Shown: piece by piece, positions 36,140-47,719 of the stretch
Position numbering within the stretch: position 1 is the first letter of the stretch
Layout of the letters: every line of letters starts with the position of its first letter
DNA from: Candidatus Sericytochromatia bacterium
GTDB lineage: Bacteria > Cyanobacteriota > Sericytochromatia > S15B-MN24 > UBA4093
Assembly (NCBI GenBank): GCA_036676495.1
Contig: JAKFCT010000029.1
Location: 64,001-128,000 of the forward strand
DNA: 64,000 bases
Direction: 5' to 3'
Translations under genes and position numbers: made by a program
The notes under the pieces: model-generated
The model's database searches: none
The model's input: only the letters and a program-made list of their open reading frames with translations
Told to the model about the DNA's origin: nothing

Positions 36140-37309
36140 TCAGATCACCATGATCTCGTGGACGGCGTGGTCCTCCTGGAAGCGCGAGAGGCGCAGGGGA
36201 GTGAGGTCGATGGAGGGCTTGCCGTCGAGGATGAGCTCGGCGACGAGCTGGCCGGTGGCGGGGGCCTGCATGAAGCCGTGACCGCTGAAGCCCGCGGCGA
36301 CGATCAGGTTGGAGACCTCGGCGTGCCGGTCGATGATCGCGTGGTGATCGGGGGTGACTTCGTAGAGGCCGGCCCAGGAAGTGGCGACCTGGCCTTCTTC
36401 GAGGCGGGGCATGCGGGCGATCGCCGCCATCACGATCTCGCCGATGAAGTCCTCGTCCAGGTTGGTGTTGAACCCGGGGGGCTCGGCCTTGTTGGCGAGG
36501 CCCATCAAGAGGCCGGAGCCTTCGGGGTGCATGTAGATCCCGGAGCCGTTGTCGACCATCATCGGCCAGTTCGGGTCGATCCAGGGCATGGCGGCCGTGG
36601 TGGCGATGTGGCGGCGCACGGGGACGACGGGGATGTCGAGGCCGAGCATCTTGCCGAGTTGGCCGGCCCAGGCCCCGGCGGCGTTGATGACGAGGCCGGC
36701 GGCGATGGGGCCCTGCGGAGTCTGGACGGCGGTGATGCGGCCGCCGTCGGTTTCGAAGCCGATCACGGGGCGCTGGTTGAGGACGCGGACGCCCAGGCGG
36801 CGGGCGGCCTTGAGGTAGCCCTGAAGGAAGCCATGGGGATCGCCCAGGCCGTCGATCGGGCAGAAGTGGGCGCCGACGAGATCCGAGGTCTCCAGCGCGG
36901 GGACCATCTCCTTGATGCGGTCGGGCGTGAGGGCCTCGACGGGGACGCCCCAGCGGCGCTGCAACTCGGCGTTCTGCTTGGCGATCTCCCAGTTCTCGGG
37001 GGTGGGGGACATGAACATGTAGCCGACTTGACGGAAGTCGACGGGAAGGTCCATCTCCTCGGAGAAGGTCTCGAAGTGCTTGATGGAGAGCAGGGAGAGC
37101 TGGATGTTGACGGGGGTGGTGAACTGGGCGCGGATGCCCCCGGCGCACTTGGCGGTGGATTCGGCCCCGAAGAAGAGCTCGCGTTCGAGCAGGATGACGT
37201 CCGTCATGCCGCGTTTGGCGAGGTGGTAGGCGATGGCGGCGCCGATGATCCCTCCGCCAACGATGACGACTTCCGCACGTTCCATTTTGGGACTCATGGA
37301 GGGGCTCAT
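36140..37309 (-). CDS. FAD-dependent oxidoreductase, DAO family (sarcosine oxidase beta/dye-linked proline dehydrogenase-like)
   Basis: VVIVGGGIIG..IAYHLA, ST.KCAGGIRAQF, VINAAGAWA, WAGLYEVTPD, AGFSGHGFM. Confidence 0.88.
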   Translation of the reverse strand: MSPSMSPKMERAEVVIVGGGIIGAAIAYHLAKRGMTDVILLERELFFGAESTAKCAGGIRAQFTTPVNIQLSLLSIKHFETFSEEMDLPVDFRQVGYMFMSPTPENWEIAKQNAELQRRWGVPVEALTPDRIKEMVPALETSDLVGAHFCPIDGLGDPHGFLQGYLKAARRLGVRVLNQRPVIGFETDGGRITAVQTPQGPIAAGLVINAAGAWAGQLGKMLGLDIPVVPVRRHIATTAAMPWIDPNWPMMVDNGSGIYMHPEGSGLLMGLANKAEPPGFNTNLDEDFIGEIVMAAIARMPRLEEGQVATSWAGLYEVTPDHHAIIDRHAEVSNLIVAAGFSGHGFMQAPATGQLVAELILDGKPSIDLTPLRLSRFQEDHAVHEIMVI

Positions 37310-37445
37310 GGGGTCGATTTCGCACTCCCGCTCGTCTTCGAGCCAACGGGGCCGCAGGCCCCAAAAACCGCTACGACAGCCTTATTCTAGCAGGGCCGAG
37401 GGGGTTCTACCAGGCGAAAAACCGGGGGATGGCGAGCGCCTGCGG

Positions 37446-37721
37446 CTAGAGGGCCCCTTCGGCGCCCAGGAGGATGCCGGCGATGAGGCGGATGGCGATG
37501 GAATAGACGAAGTAGGCGATCATCGGGCTGAGGTCGATGCCGATCGACATCGGGAGGACCCGGCGGAACGGCGCGACGGTGGGCTCGATGATGCGGCCGA
37601 CGAACTGGACGGCGGGATGGTGGCGCGGGATCTGGGGGATCCAGGAGAGGACGACCCAGACGAGCAGCAGCAGCGACCAGAGCCGGAAGACCGAGTAGAG
37701 AACGGTAACGATAAAGGCCAT
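37446..37721 (-). CDS. yggT: YggT/YlmG-family membrane protein
   Basis: VLSWIP, IIEP..P.RR.LP, IDLSPMIA. Confidence 0.92.
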   Translation of the reverse strand: MAFIVTVLYSVFRLWSLLLLVWVVLSWIPQIPRHHPAVQFVGRIIEPTVAPFRRVLPMSIGIDLSPMIAYFVYSIAIRLIAGILLGAEGAL

Positions 37722-37724
37722 GAC

Positions 37725-38540
37725 TTACCCCTTCCCTAGCGCCTTGGAGCGTTCGGTGGCCGCCGAAACCGCGAGGCATAGGGTGGCGCGGATGGCGGAT
37801 TGTTCGAGCACGTGCAGTCCGGCGGCGGTGGTCCCGGCGGGGGTGGTGACCTGATCCTTGAGCTCCGCGGGGTGCTTACCGGATTGCTGGACGAGCATGG
37901 AGGCACCCTTCACGGTCTGGCAAACCAGTTCCCGCGCGATGCGGCGCGGCAGTCCCTGCTGGACGCCGGCCTCGATGAGGGCCTCGATGATCAGGGTAAC
38001 ATACGCAGGCCCGGATCCGCTGAGACCGGTGACGGCGTCGAAGTAGTGCTCAGGAAGTTCGAGGACCTCGCCGACGGCGCCGAAGATGGCGCGGGCCAGG
38101 TCGAGTTGCTCGGGGGTGACGTCGGAGTTGGGGGCAAGGGCCGTGATCCCCTCGCCGATGACGCAGGGGGTGTTGGGCATGGCCCGGACCAGGGGGGGGA
38201 CTCCCTGGGGGAAGTAGGGGGCGAACCCGTCGAGCCTGAAGCCGGCGACGATCGAGAGGCCCATGGAGGTCGGGCGCCAGTGGGGCCCGACCTCGCGCAG
38301 GACGTCCGGAAGTTGTGCCGGCTTGACGGCGAAGATGACGGTTTCGGCCTCCACGGTGCGGAGGTTGCCCGTGGTGGTCTGGATGCCGTAGGTCTCTCGC
38401 AGGGAGTCGAGGCGGGCCTCCAGCGGATCGCTGACGAGCAGCGCCGAGGGCTCGAAGAGACCCTGGGCGAGGAGGCCCTTGATCAGGGCCTCCGCCATGG
38501 TGCCGCCTCCGATGAAGGAGAGCTGGGGCGTAGAAGGCAC
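37725..38540 (-). CDS. proC: Pyrroline-5-carboxylate reductase
   Basis: FIGGG.MA, AVKP, VRAMPNTP, TGLSGSGPAY, HPAELKDQVTTPAGTT. Confidence 0.96.
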   Translation of the reverse strand: MPSTPQLSFIGGGTMAEALIKGLLAQGLFEPSALLVSDPLEARLDSLRETYGIQTTTGNLRTVEAETVIFAVKPAQLPDVLREVGPHWRPTSMGLSIVAGFRLDGFAPYFPQGVPPLVRAMPNTPCVIGEGITALAPNSDVTPEQLDLARAIFGAVGEVLELPEHYFDAVTGLSGSGPAYVTLIIEALIEAGVQQGLPRRIARELVCQTVKGASMLVQQSGKHPAELKDQVTTPAGTTAAGLHVLEQSAIRATLCLAVSAATERSKALGKG

Positions 38541-38567
38541 GGGGCTAAGCTCCTTGCGGGGCCTGAA

Positions 38568-39038
38568 CTAGCGAACGCGCCAGAAGAGGTCCTTGGAGGG
38601 AGCGGTGGTCGCGGCGGCCGCGGCCTGGCTGGCGCCGGGCATCCACGACTGTTCGGCGTGGAGGGCGTTGATCTTGACGTTGGAGGGGGCGAAGAGGAAG
38701 ATGGCGTCGCCAATCCGCTCCTGGTTGCCGTCGAGGGCGTGGCAGGCGCCGGAGACGAAGTCGACGAGGCGCTGCGACTGCTCGGCGGTGAGGCCGTTCA
38801 GGTTGAGGATGACCGCGCGGCGGGAGCGCAGGTTCTCGATGATGCCGAGGGCGTCGTCGAAGCTGCGGGGTTCGAGGACGACCATCTCCTGGGAGTTGGG
38901 GGCGGGCAGGCCCACGATGTTGCGGGCCGACTTCTTGGGCTCGTTGGTCATCGTCTCTTCCTCTTCGTAAGCCTCATCGAGGTCTCCATCAAGCCCCACG
39001 AAGGTCTTCACCTTGCTCCAGATCTCGGCGCTCATCAT
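38568..39038 (-). CDS. sepF: Cell division protein SepF
   Basis: EPRSFDDA..I..LR.RRAVILNL, QRLVDFVSG..ALDG, IFLFAPSNV. Confidence 0.95.
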   Translation of the reverse strand: MMSAEIWSKVKTFVGLDGDLDEAYEEEETMTNEPKKSARNIVGLPAPNSQEMVVLEPRSFDDALGIIENLRSRRAVILNLNGLTAEQSQRLVDFVSGACHALDGNQERIGDAIFLFAPSNVKINALHAEQSWMPGASQAAAAATTAPSKDLFWRVR

Positions 39039-39766
39039 GCCTCCTTAGTTTGCTGTATTGCCGGTCGTCGTCCAAAAAGAGCCGAGCCGATCCGGACGAT
39101 CGTGGCTCCTTCTTCGATGGCGACAGCAAAGTCCTGACTCATCCCCATCGAAAGTTCGCTCAAGTTCGCGCGGTCCCCGACGGCGCGTTGGCTGGCGTCG
39201 CGAAGCTCGCGCAGCTGCCGGAACACTCCGCGCACCGACTCCGGATCCGCCGCGTAGGGCGCCACCGTCATCAGGCCGCGAAGGCGGAGGTTCTCCAGGC
39301 CCAGGACGTCCTGGACGGCCGCCGGTAGATCCTCCGGGAAGAACCCGAATTTACTCGCTTCCCGGGCGACGTTGACCTGGAGGAGGATGTCCTGGCGGGC
39401 CGAACCCTGCCAGTGGGCCTCCGCGCGGGCGTCGAGCTCCCGGGCGAGTTTCACGGAGTCCACTCCGTGAAGGAGATCGAAGGTTCCGACGGCCTGCTTG
39501 ACCTTGTTGGTCTGCAGGTGCCCGATCAGGTGCCACGCGAGGTCCAGATCCGCCAGCTCCGCTTGCTTGCGAAGGGCCTCTTGAACCCGGTTCTCCCCGA
39601 TCGTTCGGATCCCCAGGGCGTGAATCGCACGGATCCGATCCGCGCTCACCTGCTTGGTCACCGCCAAGAGGCGGATGCTTGCAGGGTCCCTACCCGAACG
39701 TTCAGCCGCCCGCTCAAGACGGGCGCGAACGGTGGCCAGATTGGCGTTCAAGTCGGGCAGCATCAC
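39035..39766 (-). CDS. yggS: PLP homeostasis protein YggS/PipY
   Basis: LLAVTK, GENRVQE, WHLIGHLQTNK, GLMT, LSMGMS.DF..AIEEGAT.VRIGS. Confidence 0.96.
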   Translation of the reverse strand: MMLPDLNANLATVRARLERAAERSGRDPASIRLLAVTKQVSADRIRAIHALGIRTIGENRVQEALRKQAELADLDLAWHLIGHLQTNKVKQAVGTFDLLHGVDSVKLARELDARAEAHWQGSARQDILLQVNVAREASKFGFFPEDLPAAVQDVLGLENLRLRGLMTVAPYAADPESVRGVFRQLRELRDASQRAVGDRANLSELSMGMSQDFAVAIEEGATIVRIGSALFGRRPAIQQTKEA

Positions 39767-39915
39767 GTCAACAAACAGGCATGGTGGTGGTTGCCAACCG
39801 ACTATATCACCCGTCGACCCTCATTACAATAGCGGCCTTCCCGCATGGCGACTGTGGGATCCGTCACCGAGTCCGCGGCCGTCCGCCCGCGACCGGACGC
39901 GGAGGCGTACGCGGA

Positions 39916-41481
<1,566 letters not shown>

Positions 41482-41615
41482 GGGAACCTCCTTGTGACAT
41501 GAGGGGGCTATACCCGCTTTCAGGCATCGTGAACAAGTCCCTTCGTGCGCCTTTCCATGGTCCCGGCGAGGGCCCCTCGATAAGCTGGGGGGAGGGCCAT
41601 GCGAAGGAGGTTTCC

Positions 41616-42713
41616 ATGCGGGCAGATCGCCGAAGCCCCGCCCGGAGTTCGTGGCGCCGGTCGCGCTTGCCGGCCGCCGTGGCGCTCGGCATGCTGGGCT
41701 TGCTACCCGGCTGCGTCTGGCGGCCGCTGGAGGTTCCGGCGGCGGACACCTACCGGATCCAGGCGGAATTCGTGGTGGTGGCCATGGCGGCGGGGGCCGG
41801 GGACGGGTGGAACCTGCTTCAGATCGGGGTGGGGGATCCGGTGGAGGCTCCGGACGCGGGGCAGGTGGCGGCGGCGGTGGTGGATACCGGGGTGGATCCG
41901 CGGCATCCGGATCTGGCGGGCCGGCTGCTGCCGATGCAGGACATGGTCGGGGACGACACCTACGACGGGCGGGTGGCCTACCGGGGCAAGGACGGCAACG
42001 GGCATGGGACGCATATCGCGGGGATCATGGCCGGGGTGCTGGGGACGGCGCGGGTGCCGATCCTGCCGGTGAAGGCCATCGGGCATTCGGGCGTGGGCGA
42101 CGATCGGACGATTGCGCGGGGCGTGCGGGCGGCGGTGGACTTCCGGGATCCCGCGCGGCCGGATCTGCGGGTGCGGGTGATCAACCTGAGCGTGGGGGGC
42201 AAGACCTCCTCGGCGGTGCTGGAGGAGGCGATTCGCTACGCCTTGAGCCGGGACGTGCTGGTGGTGGTGGCGGCGGGCAACCGCGAGCGGGGGGTGGACT
42301 ACCCGGCGGCCGAAGCCGTCAGCCTCGCCGTGGGGGCGACCACCGTCAAGGATCAGCTGGCCTCTTACTCCAACCGGGGCCCGGAGCTGGCAATTTCGGC
42401 GCCGGGCGGGGACGGCGCGGAGTCGGTGATGAGCACCTGGCCGACCTACCTGACGGCCTCCGACTACAAGAAGGGCCTGAGCGCCCCGCATGCCTACGGG
42501 GGCATGGTGGGGACCTCCATGGCCGCTCCGCACGTGACGGCGACGGCGGCCCTGCTCTTCGCCCGGGACAGCCGGCTCACGGCCGAGCAGGTCCGCACCC
42601 GGCTGCAGGCCACGGCGGACGATCTGGGGCCCGTGGGGCCGGATCCGTACTTCGGGCTGGGGCGGCTCAACGTCAAGCAAGCCTTGAGGCAGGGAGGCCA
42701 TGATGCCCGCTAG
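41616..42713 (+). CDS. S8 subtilase-family serine peptidase, lipoprotein
   Basis: AAGGAGG RBS; LPG-C; catalytic motifs VDTG, HGTHIAG, AAGN, GTSMAAPHV. Confidence 0.92.
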   Translation: MRADRRSPARSSWRRSRLPAAVALGMLGLLPGCVWRPLEVPAADTYRIQAEFVVVAMAAGAGDGWNLLQIGVGDPVEAPDAGQVAAAVVDTGVDPRHPDLAGRLLPMQDMVGDDTYDGRVAYRGKDGNGHGTHIAGIMAGVLGTARVPILPVKAIGHSGVGDDRTIARGVRAAVDFRDPARPDLRVRVINLSVGGKTSSAVLEEAIRYALSRDVLVVVAAGNRERGVDYPAAEAVSLAVGATTVKDQLASYSNRGPELAISAPGGDGAESVMSTWPTYLTASDYKKGLSAPHAYGGMVGTSMAAPHVTATAALLFARDSRLTAEQVRTRLQATADDLGPVGPDPYFGLGRLNVKQALRQGGHDAR

Positions 42714-43656
42714 CGTGCGCGCTGGTCTACTGCCTGCCATTCTGGTGCTGGGGCTTGCGGGTTGCGGCTGGAACCCGTTCGGGGGACGGACGTTCGAGGC
42801 CGTGATCACGGATCAGGCGGGCGTTCCCTTGCCCGGGGCGGTGGCCTCCTCGGGGGGCCACGGGGCGATCGCGGATGCCCAGGGGCGCGTGGCGCTGTCG
42901 GGGGCGGGAGAGCGGGTCTGGGTGCAGAAGACGGGCTACGGCCGGCTGGAGGTGGATGCCGCGTCGGGGGCCGTGACGCTCGCCAAGCGTGCGACGCCGA
43001 TCTCCATCGTCTGGGACGAGCGCTTCTCGGCGCCCGTCGCGATGGAGGGCCTGAAGAGCCACCTGGTCAACCGGGGCTTCAGCGTCTCCACCCTCTCGGG
43101 GGGAGCGCTTCCCGCCGAAGCCGATGTCCTGGTGCTCAGCTGCCCCTCATGGTTCACCGAAGAGGCCTACGGCCAGTACATGCGCGCGGCGCACGCCGGC
43201 ACCAAGCTGATCCTCCTGGGCGAATGGGGCGGGTACGACGGGGTGGACCTCGCCGCCCTCACCTCGATTTCCAGCAAGGCCGGCATCTCCTTCCAGTCGG
43301 GCCAGGTGCGGGTCTACGGCAGCGAAGGACAGCCGCAGTCCTGGCTCTCCCTCAAGGAGATCAGCCCCAGCCCGCTCGCTTCGGGCGTCAACGCCGGGGT
43401 CACGGTCTTCACCGCGGGCCTTCTCGCGCTCGAGGCTCCTGCCCGCGCGGTGCTGGCCTCGGATCCGAAGGCGATCCGCATCCTGCGCTGGGAGGTCGGA
43501 ACCCAGACCCTTGCGGCCATGGGCCCGCTCGGCAAGAGCCAGGTGCTGGCGATCGCCGACTCCTCGTTATTCTCCGATTCGACCGGCCCGCAAGGCGCCC
43601 CGCAGTGGAAAGCATCCGACAATGCCCGCTTTGCCGAGAACGTGATGGCCTGGTAA
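42700..43656 (+). CDS. Lipoprotein with carboxypeptidase-regulatory-like domain plus GATase-like/DUF4350 domain
   Basis: LAG-C; TD..G.PLPGA.V...AD.QG...K.GY; DVLVL..P, G..LILLGE, G.SQVLAIADSSLFSD, N..FA.N...W. Confidence 0.65.
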   Translation: MMPASVRAGLLPAILVLGLAGCGWNPFGGRTFEAVITDQAGVPLPGAVASSGGHGAIADAQGRVALSGAGERVWVQKTGYGRLEVDAASGAVTLAKRATPISIVWDERFSAPVAMEGLKSHLVNRGFSVSTLSGGALPAEADVLVLSCPSWFTEEAYGQYMRAAHAGTKLILLGEWGGYDGVDLAALTSISSKAGISFQSGQVRVYGSEGQPQSWLSLKEISPSPLASGVNAGVTVFTAGLLALEAPARAVLASDPKAIRILRWEVGTQTLAAMGPLGKSQVLAIADSSLFSDSTGPQGAPQWKASDNARFAENVMAW

Positions 43657-43710
43657 ACTAGGGGAGACGTCATCGCTGTTTCAAGCCGGGCCTTCCCGCA
43701 CCAGGATCGC

Positions 43711-45540
43711 ATGAGTATCGCTGAAACCCCATCGGGAAAGGGCCGCGTCCCTGTCACGCCCCCCACCCCTCACCAGCGCCGGGTCGAGATCGCCTCGATC
43801 CTCCTCAAGTACGGCTGGGACGCCCTCATCTTCAAGCTCAGCCTCTTCGACTTCCTGCCCCCCGGCCTGCGGCAGAAGCTCGCCGTCTCCTCCTTCCTGC
43901 GCCAGGAAGCCGAAAATGAAGAGACCGACCTCGACCTCGTCCTGCCCCTGCCCGCCGTCCTGAGGCAGATCCTCGAAGAGCTGGGCCCCACCTTCGTCAA
44001 GCTCGGCCAGGTCCTCTCGACCCGCGCCGACTTGCTCCCGCAGCCTTACATCGACGAGCTCGCCAAGCTCCAGGAGCAGGTCTCTCCGGCCCCCTGGACC
44101 GAGATGGAAGCCGTCATCCTCGGCGAGTACAACGCCCGCCACGCCCAGCCGGCGCGCTCGGTCTACGACATCTTCCCCGAGTTCGACACCATCCCGCTGG
44201 CCGCCGGATCCCTCGGACAGGTCTACAAGGCCAAGATCCGCGATCCCAAGGGCGAGATGGTCTCGGCCATCATCAAGGTCCTGCGGCCCGGCATCGAACA
44301 CGTCATCGAGGCCGACATCGCCGTCCTCCTGGATTTTGCCCGCCTGCTCACCACCCGGACCAACTGGGGCAAGTGGAACAACATCTCCGGCCTCGCCGAG
44401 GAATTCTCGAACATCATCCGCAACGAGACCGACTTCACCCTCGAAGCCGCCAATACCGAGACCATCGGCCGCAACCTCCACCGCGACTACGGCTCCCTGG
44501 TCCGCACCCCCACCGTCTTCTGGGAGTACACCACCCGCCGCGTCATGGCCATCGAGTTCATGCACGGCGCCAAGGTCTCCGCCCTCTTCCCCCGCAAGAA
44601 CGGCGAGGATCCCCCGATCTCCCTGACGCTGCCCCAGCGGCAGCGCATCGCCCAGAACCTCACCGTCGCCTTCCTGCGCCAGATCTTCGTCGACGGGTTC
44701 TTCCACGCCGATCCCCACCCCGGAAACGTCATGTTCCAGTTCCGGGACGGGGACCTCAACGCCATGCCCACGCTCGTGCTGATCGACTTCGGCATGGTCG
44801 GCCGCCTGGACCCGCGCTCCCGCGAGATCCTGATCGACTTCCTGCTCGCGATGATCCAGTTCGACGCCGCCCGCGCCACCGACCGGATCCTCGAGTACGG
44901 CCATCCCCAGGCCCCCATCGACAAGCAGCGCCTCACCATCGAGCTCGACCACGTCATGCGCGAGTTCCTGGGCAAGCCGGTCGGCGAAGTGCAGATCGGG
45001 AAACTGTTGCAGCGGGTCATGGACCTCATGATCCAGTACCGAGTCCGGATGCCAACCTCGTTCCTCATGATCGCCCGCGTCCTCGTGACCACCGAGGGCA
45101 TCTGCCGGCAGCTCGATAAAGACTACATGCTGATCAACGTCGCGGAGCCCTTCATCCGGACCATGGTCCAGCGCCAGTTCACCTCCATGATGAGCGCCCA
45201 GGAAATGATGCGCATCGCGGTGGACTGGAAGAACTTGCTGCTGAAGACCCCCCGCCGGATCGACGACCTCTTGGCGGCCGCCAACTCCGGACAATTGCGC
45301 ATCGAGTACGAGGTCCGCAATCTGGCCCGCCTGGAGCGGACCCTCACGGTCATCGGCAACAAGGTGGCCTTCAGCCTCCTGACCGCAGCCCTGATCATGG
45401 GGGCGGCCTTGCTGGCCCCCATCCCCTCCGGCCCCCATATCATGGGCTTCCACGCCCTCAGCTTCTTCACCTTCGTCATGGGAGGAGTTCTCGGCCTCTG
45501 GCTGTTGATCTCCATCCTGCGCTCCGGCCAGCTCAAGTAG
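43711..45540 (+). CDS. ABC1/UbiB/AarF-family atypical kinase
   Basis: LGPTFVKLGQ.LSTR.DL, LQE, AAGSLGQVY.A, KVLRP, FFHADPHPGN, DFGMVG; C-terminal TM segments. Confidence 0.94.
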   Translation: MSIAETPSGKGRVPVTPPTPHQRRVEIASILLKYGWDALIFKLSLFDFLPPGLRQKLAVSSFLRQEAENEETDLDLVLPLPAVLRQILEELGPTFVKLGQVLSTRADLLPQPYIDELAKLQEQVSPAPWTEMEAVILGEYNARHAQPARSVYDIFPEFDTIPLAAGSLGQVYKAKIRDPKGEMVSAIIKVLRPGIEHVIEADIAVLLDFARLLTTRTNWGKWNNISGLAEEFSNIIRNETDFTLEAANTETIGRNLHRDYGSLVRTPTVFWEYTTRRVMAIEFMHGAKVSALFPRKNGEDPPISLTLPQRQRIAQNLTVAFLRQIFVDGFFHADPHPGNVMFQFRDGDLNAMPTLVLIDFGMVGRLDPRSREILIDFLLAMIQFDAARATDRILEYGHPQAPIDKQRLTIELDHVMREFLGKPVGEVQIGKLLQRVMDLMIQYRVRMPTSFLMIARVLVTTEGICRQLDKDYMLINVAEPFIRTMVQRQFTSMMSAQEMMRIAVDWKNLLLKTPRRIDDLLAAANSGQLRIEYEVRNLARLERTLTVIGNKVAFSLLTAALIMGAALLAPIPSGPHIMGFHALSFFTFVMGGVLGLWLLISILRSGQLK

Positions 45541-45596
45541 ACCCCGTGCCCACGGCTTACCGTTAGCATCCGCGACGCGTCCATAGGAGGATCCCC

Positions 45597-46634
45597 GTGC
45601 CTGTCACCGACCTGCAGATCCCCGGCGACTTCACCCTGGCGGCCAAGCTCTACCTCCCCGCATCCGCCCCCAAGCCTCATCCTGGCATCGTCCTGGCCCA
45701 TGGCTACCTCTCCTCCAAGGAAGAGTTCCTGGAGTTCCCGCATCGTCTCGCGCAAGCCGGCTACGCGGTCCTGACCTTCGACTTCCGCGGCCACGGCGCC
45801 AGCGCCGGTGAACGCGGCTACTACACCGAAGCCTCCCACCTCGACGACCTCAGCCGCGCCGTGGAGACCCTGAAGGGCCATCCCGACATCGATCCCAGCC
45901 GCCTCTTCCTGCTGGGCTTCAGCGTCGGCAACTTCTCCACGCTCCGGATGCTGGCAGAGCACGGCGAATCCTTCCTCGGAGGCATCGCCGTGGCCCCGCC
46001 GGCCCAGCTGCGGCAGGTCACGAAACCGATCGAGTTCATCCTTTACGAGGGGGCGTACCGGCTGGTCGCCAGGCCGCTACACCAGCTTTTCGGCGTCCAC
46101 CTGCGGGTGCCTTACCAGTTCAAGGTCGAGGATTGCTTCCACGCGCCGGGAGCCGTCGCGCATGCCAAGGCCCTGCTCGACCTCCAGACCCAGATGCCCG
46201 TCACCAACTTCCCCTACCTGGGAGGAGGAGCCGACAACGTCCGCGTAGCCGCCCAGGTGACGCGCCCCATGCTGGTCGCGGTGGGCAGCGAGGACGCGGT
46301 CATCCTCAACCCGCAATCCCGCGAGGTCTACGAGGCTCTGGCCTCGGAAGACAAGCAGTGGGTGCGCTTCGTGGGCTCCGGCCACAACCTCATGGGGGAC
46401 GCCCAGGGCGAGGAGTTCGCGAAGATGGTGATCGACTGGATGGACCCGCTCGCCAAACCGGAAGCCCATGCACCGGAAACCAGCGAGCCGGCGACCGGAG
46501 GGTCGGAGACAGGCGAGCCAACGACCGCCGGTTCGAAGTCCCGCAAGCCGAAAGCCGGCAAATCGGAAGCCGACAAGCCGCACACCGGCGAGCCGGAGGC
46601 CACGGGTGAAAAGACCGTTCCCGCGGAGGCCTGA
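45597..46634 (+). CDS. Alpha/beta-fold hydrolase with repetitive low-complexity C-tail
   Basis: AHGY, FDFRGHG.S, nucleophile GFSVG, G.ED, GSGH. Confidence 0.88.
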   Translation: MPVTDLQIPGDFTLAAKLYLPASAPKPHPGIVLAHGYLSSKEEFLEFPHRLAQAGYAVLTFDFRGHGASAGERGYYTEASHLDDLSRAVETLKGHPDIDPSRLFLLGFSVGNFSTLRMLAEHGESFLGGIAVAPPAQLRQVTKPIEFILYEGAYRLVARPLHQLFGVHLRVPYQFKVEDCFHAPGAVAHAKALLDLQTQMPVTNFPYLGGGADNVRVAAQVTRPMLVAVGSEDAVILNPQSREVYEALASEDKQWVRFVGSGHNLMGDAQGEEFAKMVIDWMDPLAKPEAHAPETSEPATGGSETGEPTTAGSKSRKPKAGKSEADKPHTGEPEATGEKTVPAEA

Positions 46635-46907
46635 ATGAAGCGGGCGCATCTCTGGGTCTCGGGGCGGGTGCAGGGAGTCTTCTTCCGGCAGTCCACCGAG
46701 ACCCGCGCACGCGAGCTCGGCCTGGGAGGCTGGGTGCGCAACCTCCCGGACGGCCGGGTCGAGGCGATCGCCGAAGGGGACGCCGACGCGCTCGAGCGCT
46801 GGATCGCGTTCTGCCGGGTCGGCCCTCCCGCCGCGCAGGTCGCGCACGTCGACCTCCACTGGGAAGCCCCCACCGGGGAGTTCACGGGCTTCGAGACCCG
46901 GCGCTAG
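46635..46907 (+). CDS. acyP: Acylphosphatase
   Basis: [28 protein letters not shown]. Confidence 0.96.
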   Translation: MKRAHLWVSGRVQGVFFRQSTETRARELGLGGWVRNLPDGRVEAIAEGDADALERWIAFCRVGPPAAQVAHVDLHWEAPTGEFTGFETRR

Positions 46908-47076
46908 CGCCCGTTCACACGGCTTAACCGTCCGTGCCGAGCCGGGCACGGCAGCCGTTTCCGCTCGCATGCCCGGTCCTAGAAGCCGGCTGAAACCCCC
47001 GTCCCGCTGTTGTTTGAGGCATCATCGTCCGCTAAGATCCGGGTGTTAACGAGGATTTGAGAGGAGAACGACTTAG

Positions 47077-47631
47077 ATGCCCATTCGTCGCATGGCCTTG
47101 GCCGGGATGGTGGCCGCATTTGGCGCGGGAGCCTGGTTCGTCACCGAGCGCGGCCCGGAAGCCATCGCCCACGTCAGCACCGAGGCGGCAAAGACCGTCA
47201 AGAGCGAGTCCATCAAGGCGATCATGACCCGGAAGGGGCTCTCGGTCGCGGAGCAGGACGCCCTCATGGGGCGGTTGAAGACCCAGTACCCGAAGGTCGC
47301 CCAGACGATCGACGGGTGGACGCCGGTGACCGCCGAGAAGCTGGAAGCGCTGAACACGGCGTACCAGTCGCTGAGCCCCGCGGAGCGTCAGGCGATCGCC
47401 ACGGACGTCAGCGCCTGGCAGCAGCAGGTCTGGAAGAAGTACCCGTCGATCCGACAGGCCTGGAGCTCCGGCGGAGCCGAGCGCGAGACGCGGGTGGCCG
47501 AGAACATCCTGGAGCTCGCCGCCACCGATCGCGCGCAGCTCGATACGAGCGTCTCGGGCCTCTGGAGCCGGATCTCCGCCCGCAATCCCGGCTGGGCCGC
47601 CCAAGTCGACGCCATCCTGAGCGCCAAGTAA
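47077..47631 (+). CDS. Hypothetical membrane-anchored or secreted helical protein
   Basis: AGGAG RBS; N-terminal hydrophobic segment; followed by a terminator. Confidence 0.7.
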   Translation: MPIRRMALAGMVAAFGAGAWFVTERGPEAIAHVSTEAAKTVKSESIKAIMTRKGLSVAEQDALMGRLKTQYPKVAQTIDGWTPVTAEKLEALNTAYQSLSPAERQAIATDVSAWQQQVWKKYPSIRQAWSSGGAERETRVAENILELAATDRAQLDTSVSGLWSRISARNPGWAAQVDAILSAK

Positions 47632-47645
47632 CCCCGAACTCCAGT

Positions 47646-47676
47646 AAGGAGGCCCCGGCATGGGGGCCTCCTTTTT
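47646..47676 (+). terminator. Intrinsic terminator
   Basis: AAGGAGGCCCC/GGGGCCTCCTT followed by TTT. Confidence 0.8.
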
Positions 47677-47719
47677 CATGCCGGGATCAGGCGTCGGGGA
47701 CGCGAGGACGTCGGGGGGC

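Noticed and set aside
39767-39915. pipX upstream of yggS/pipY as in cyanobacteria
   Set aside because: The gap is only about 150 bp and holds no PipX-like ORF.
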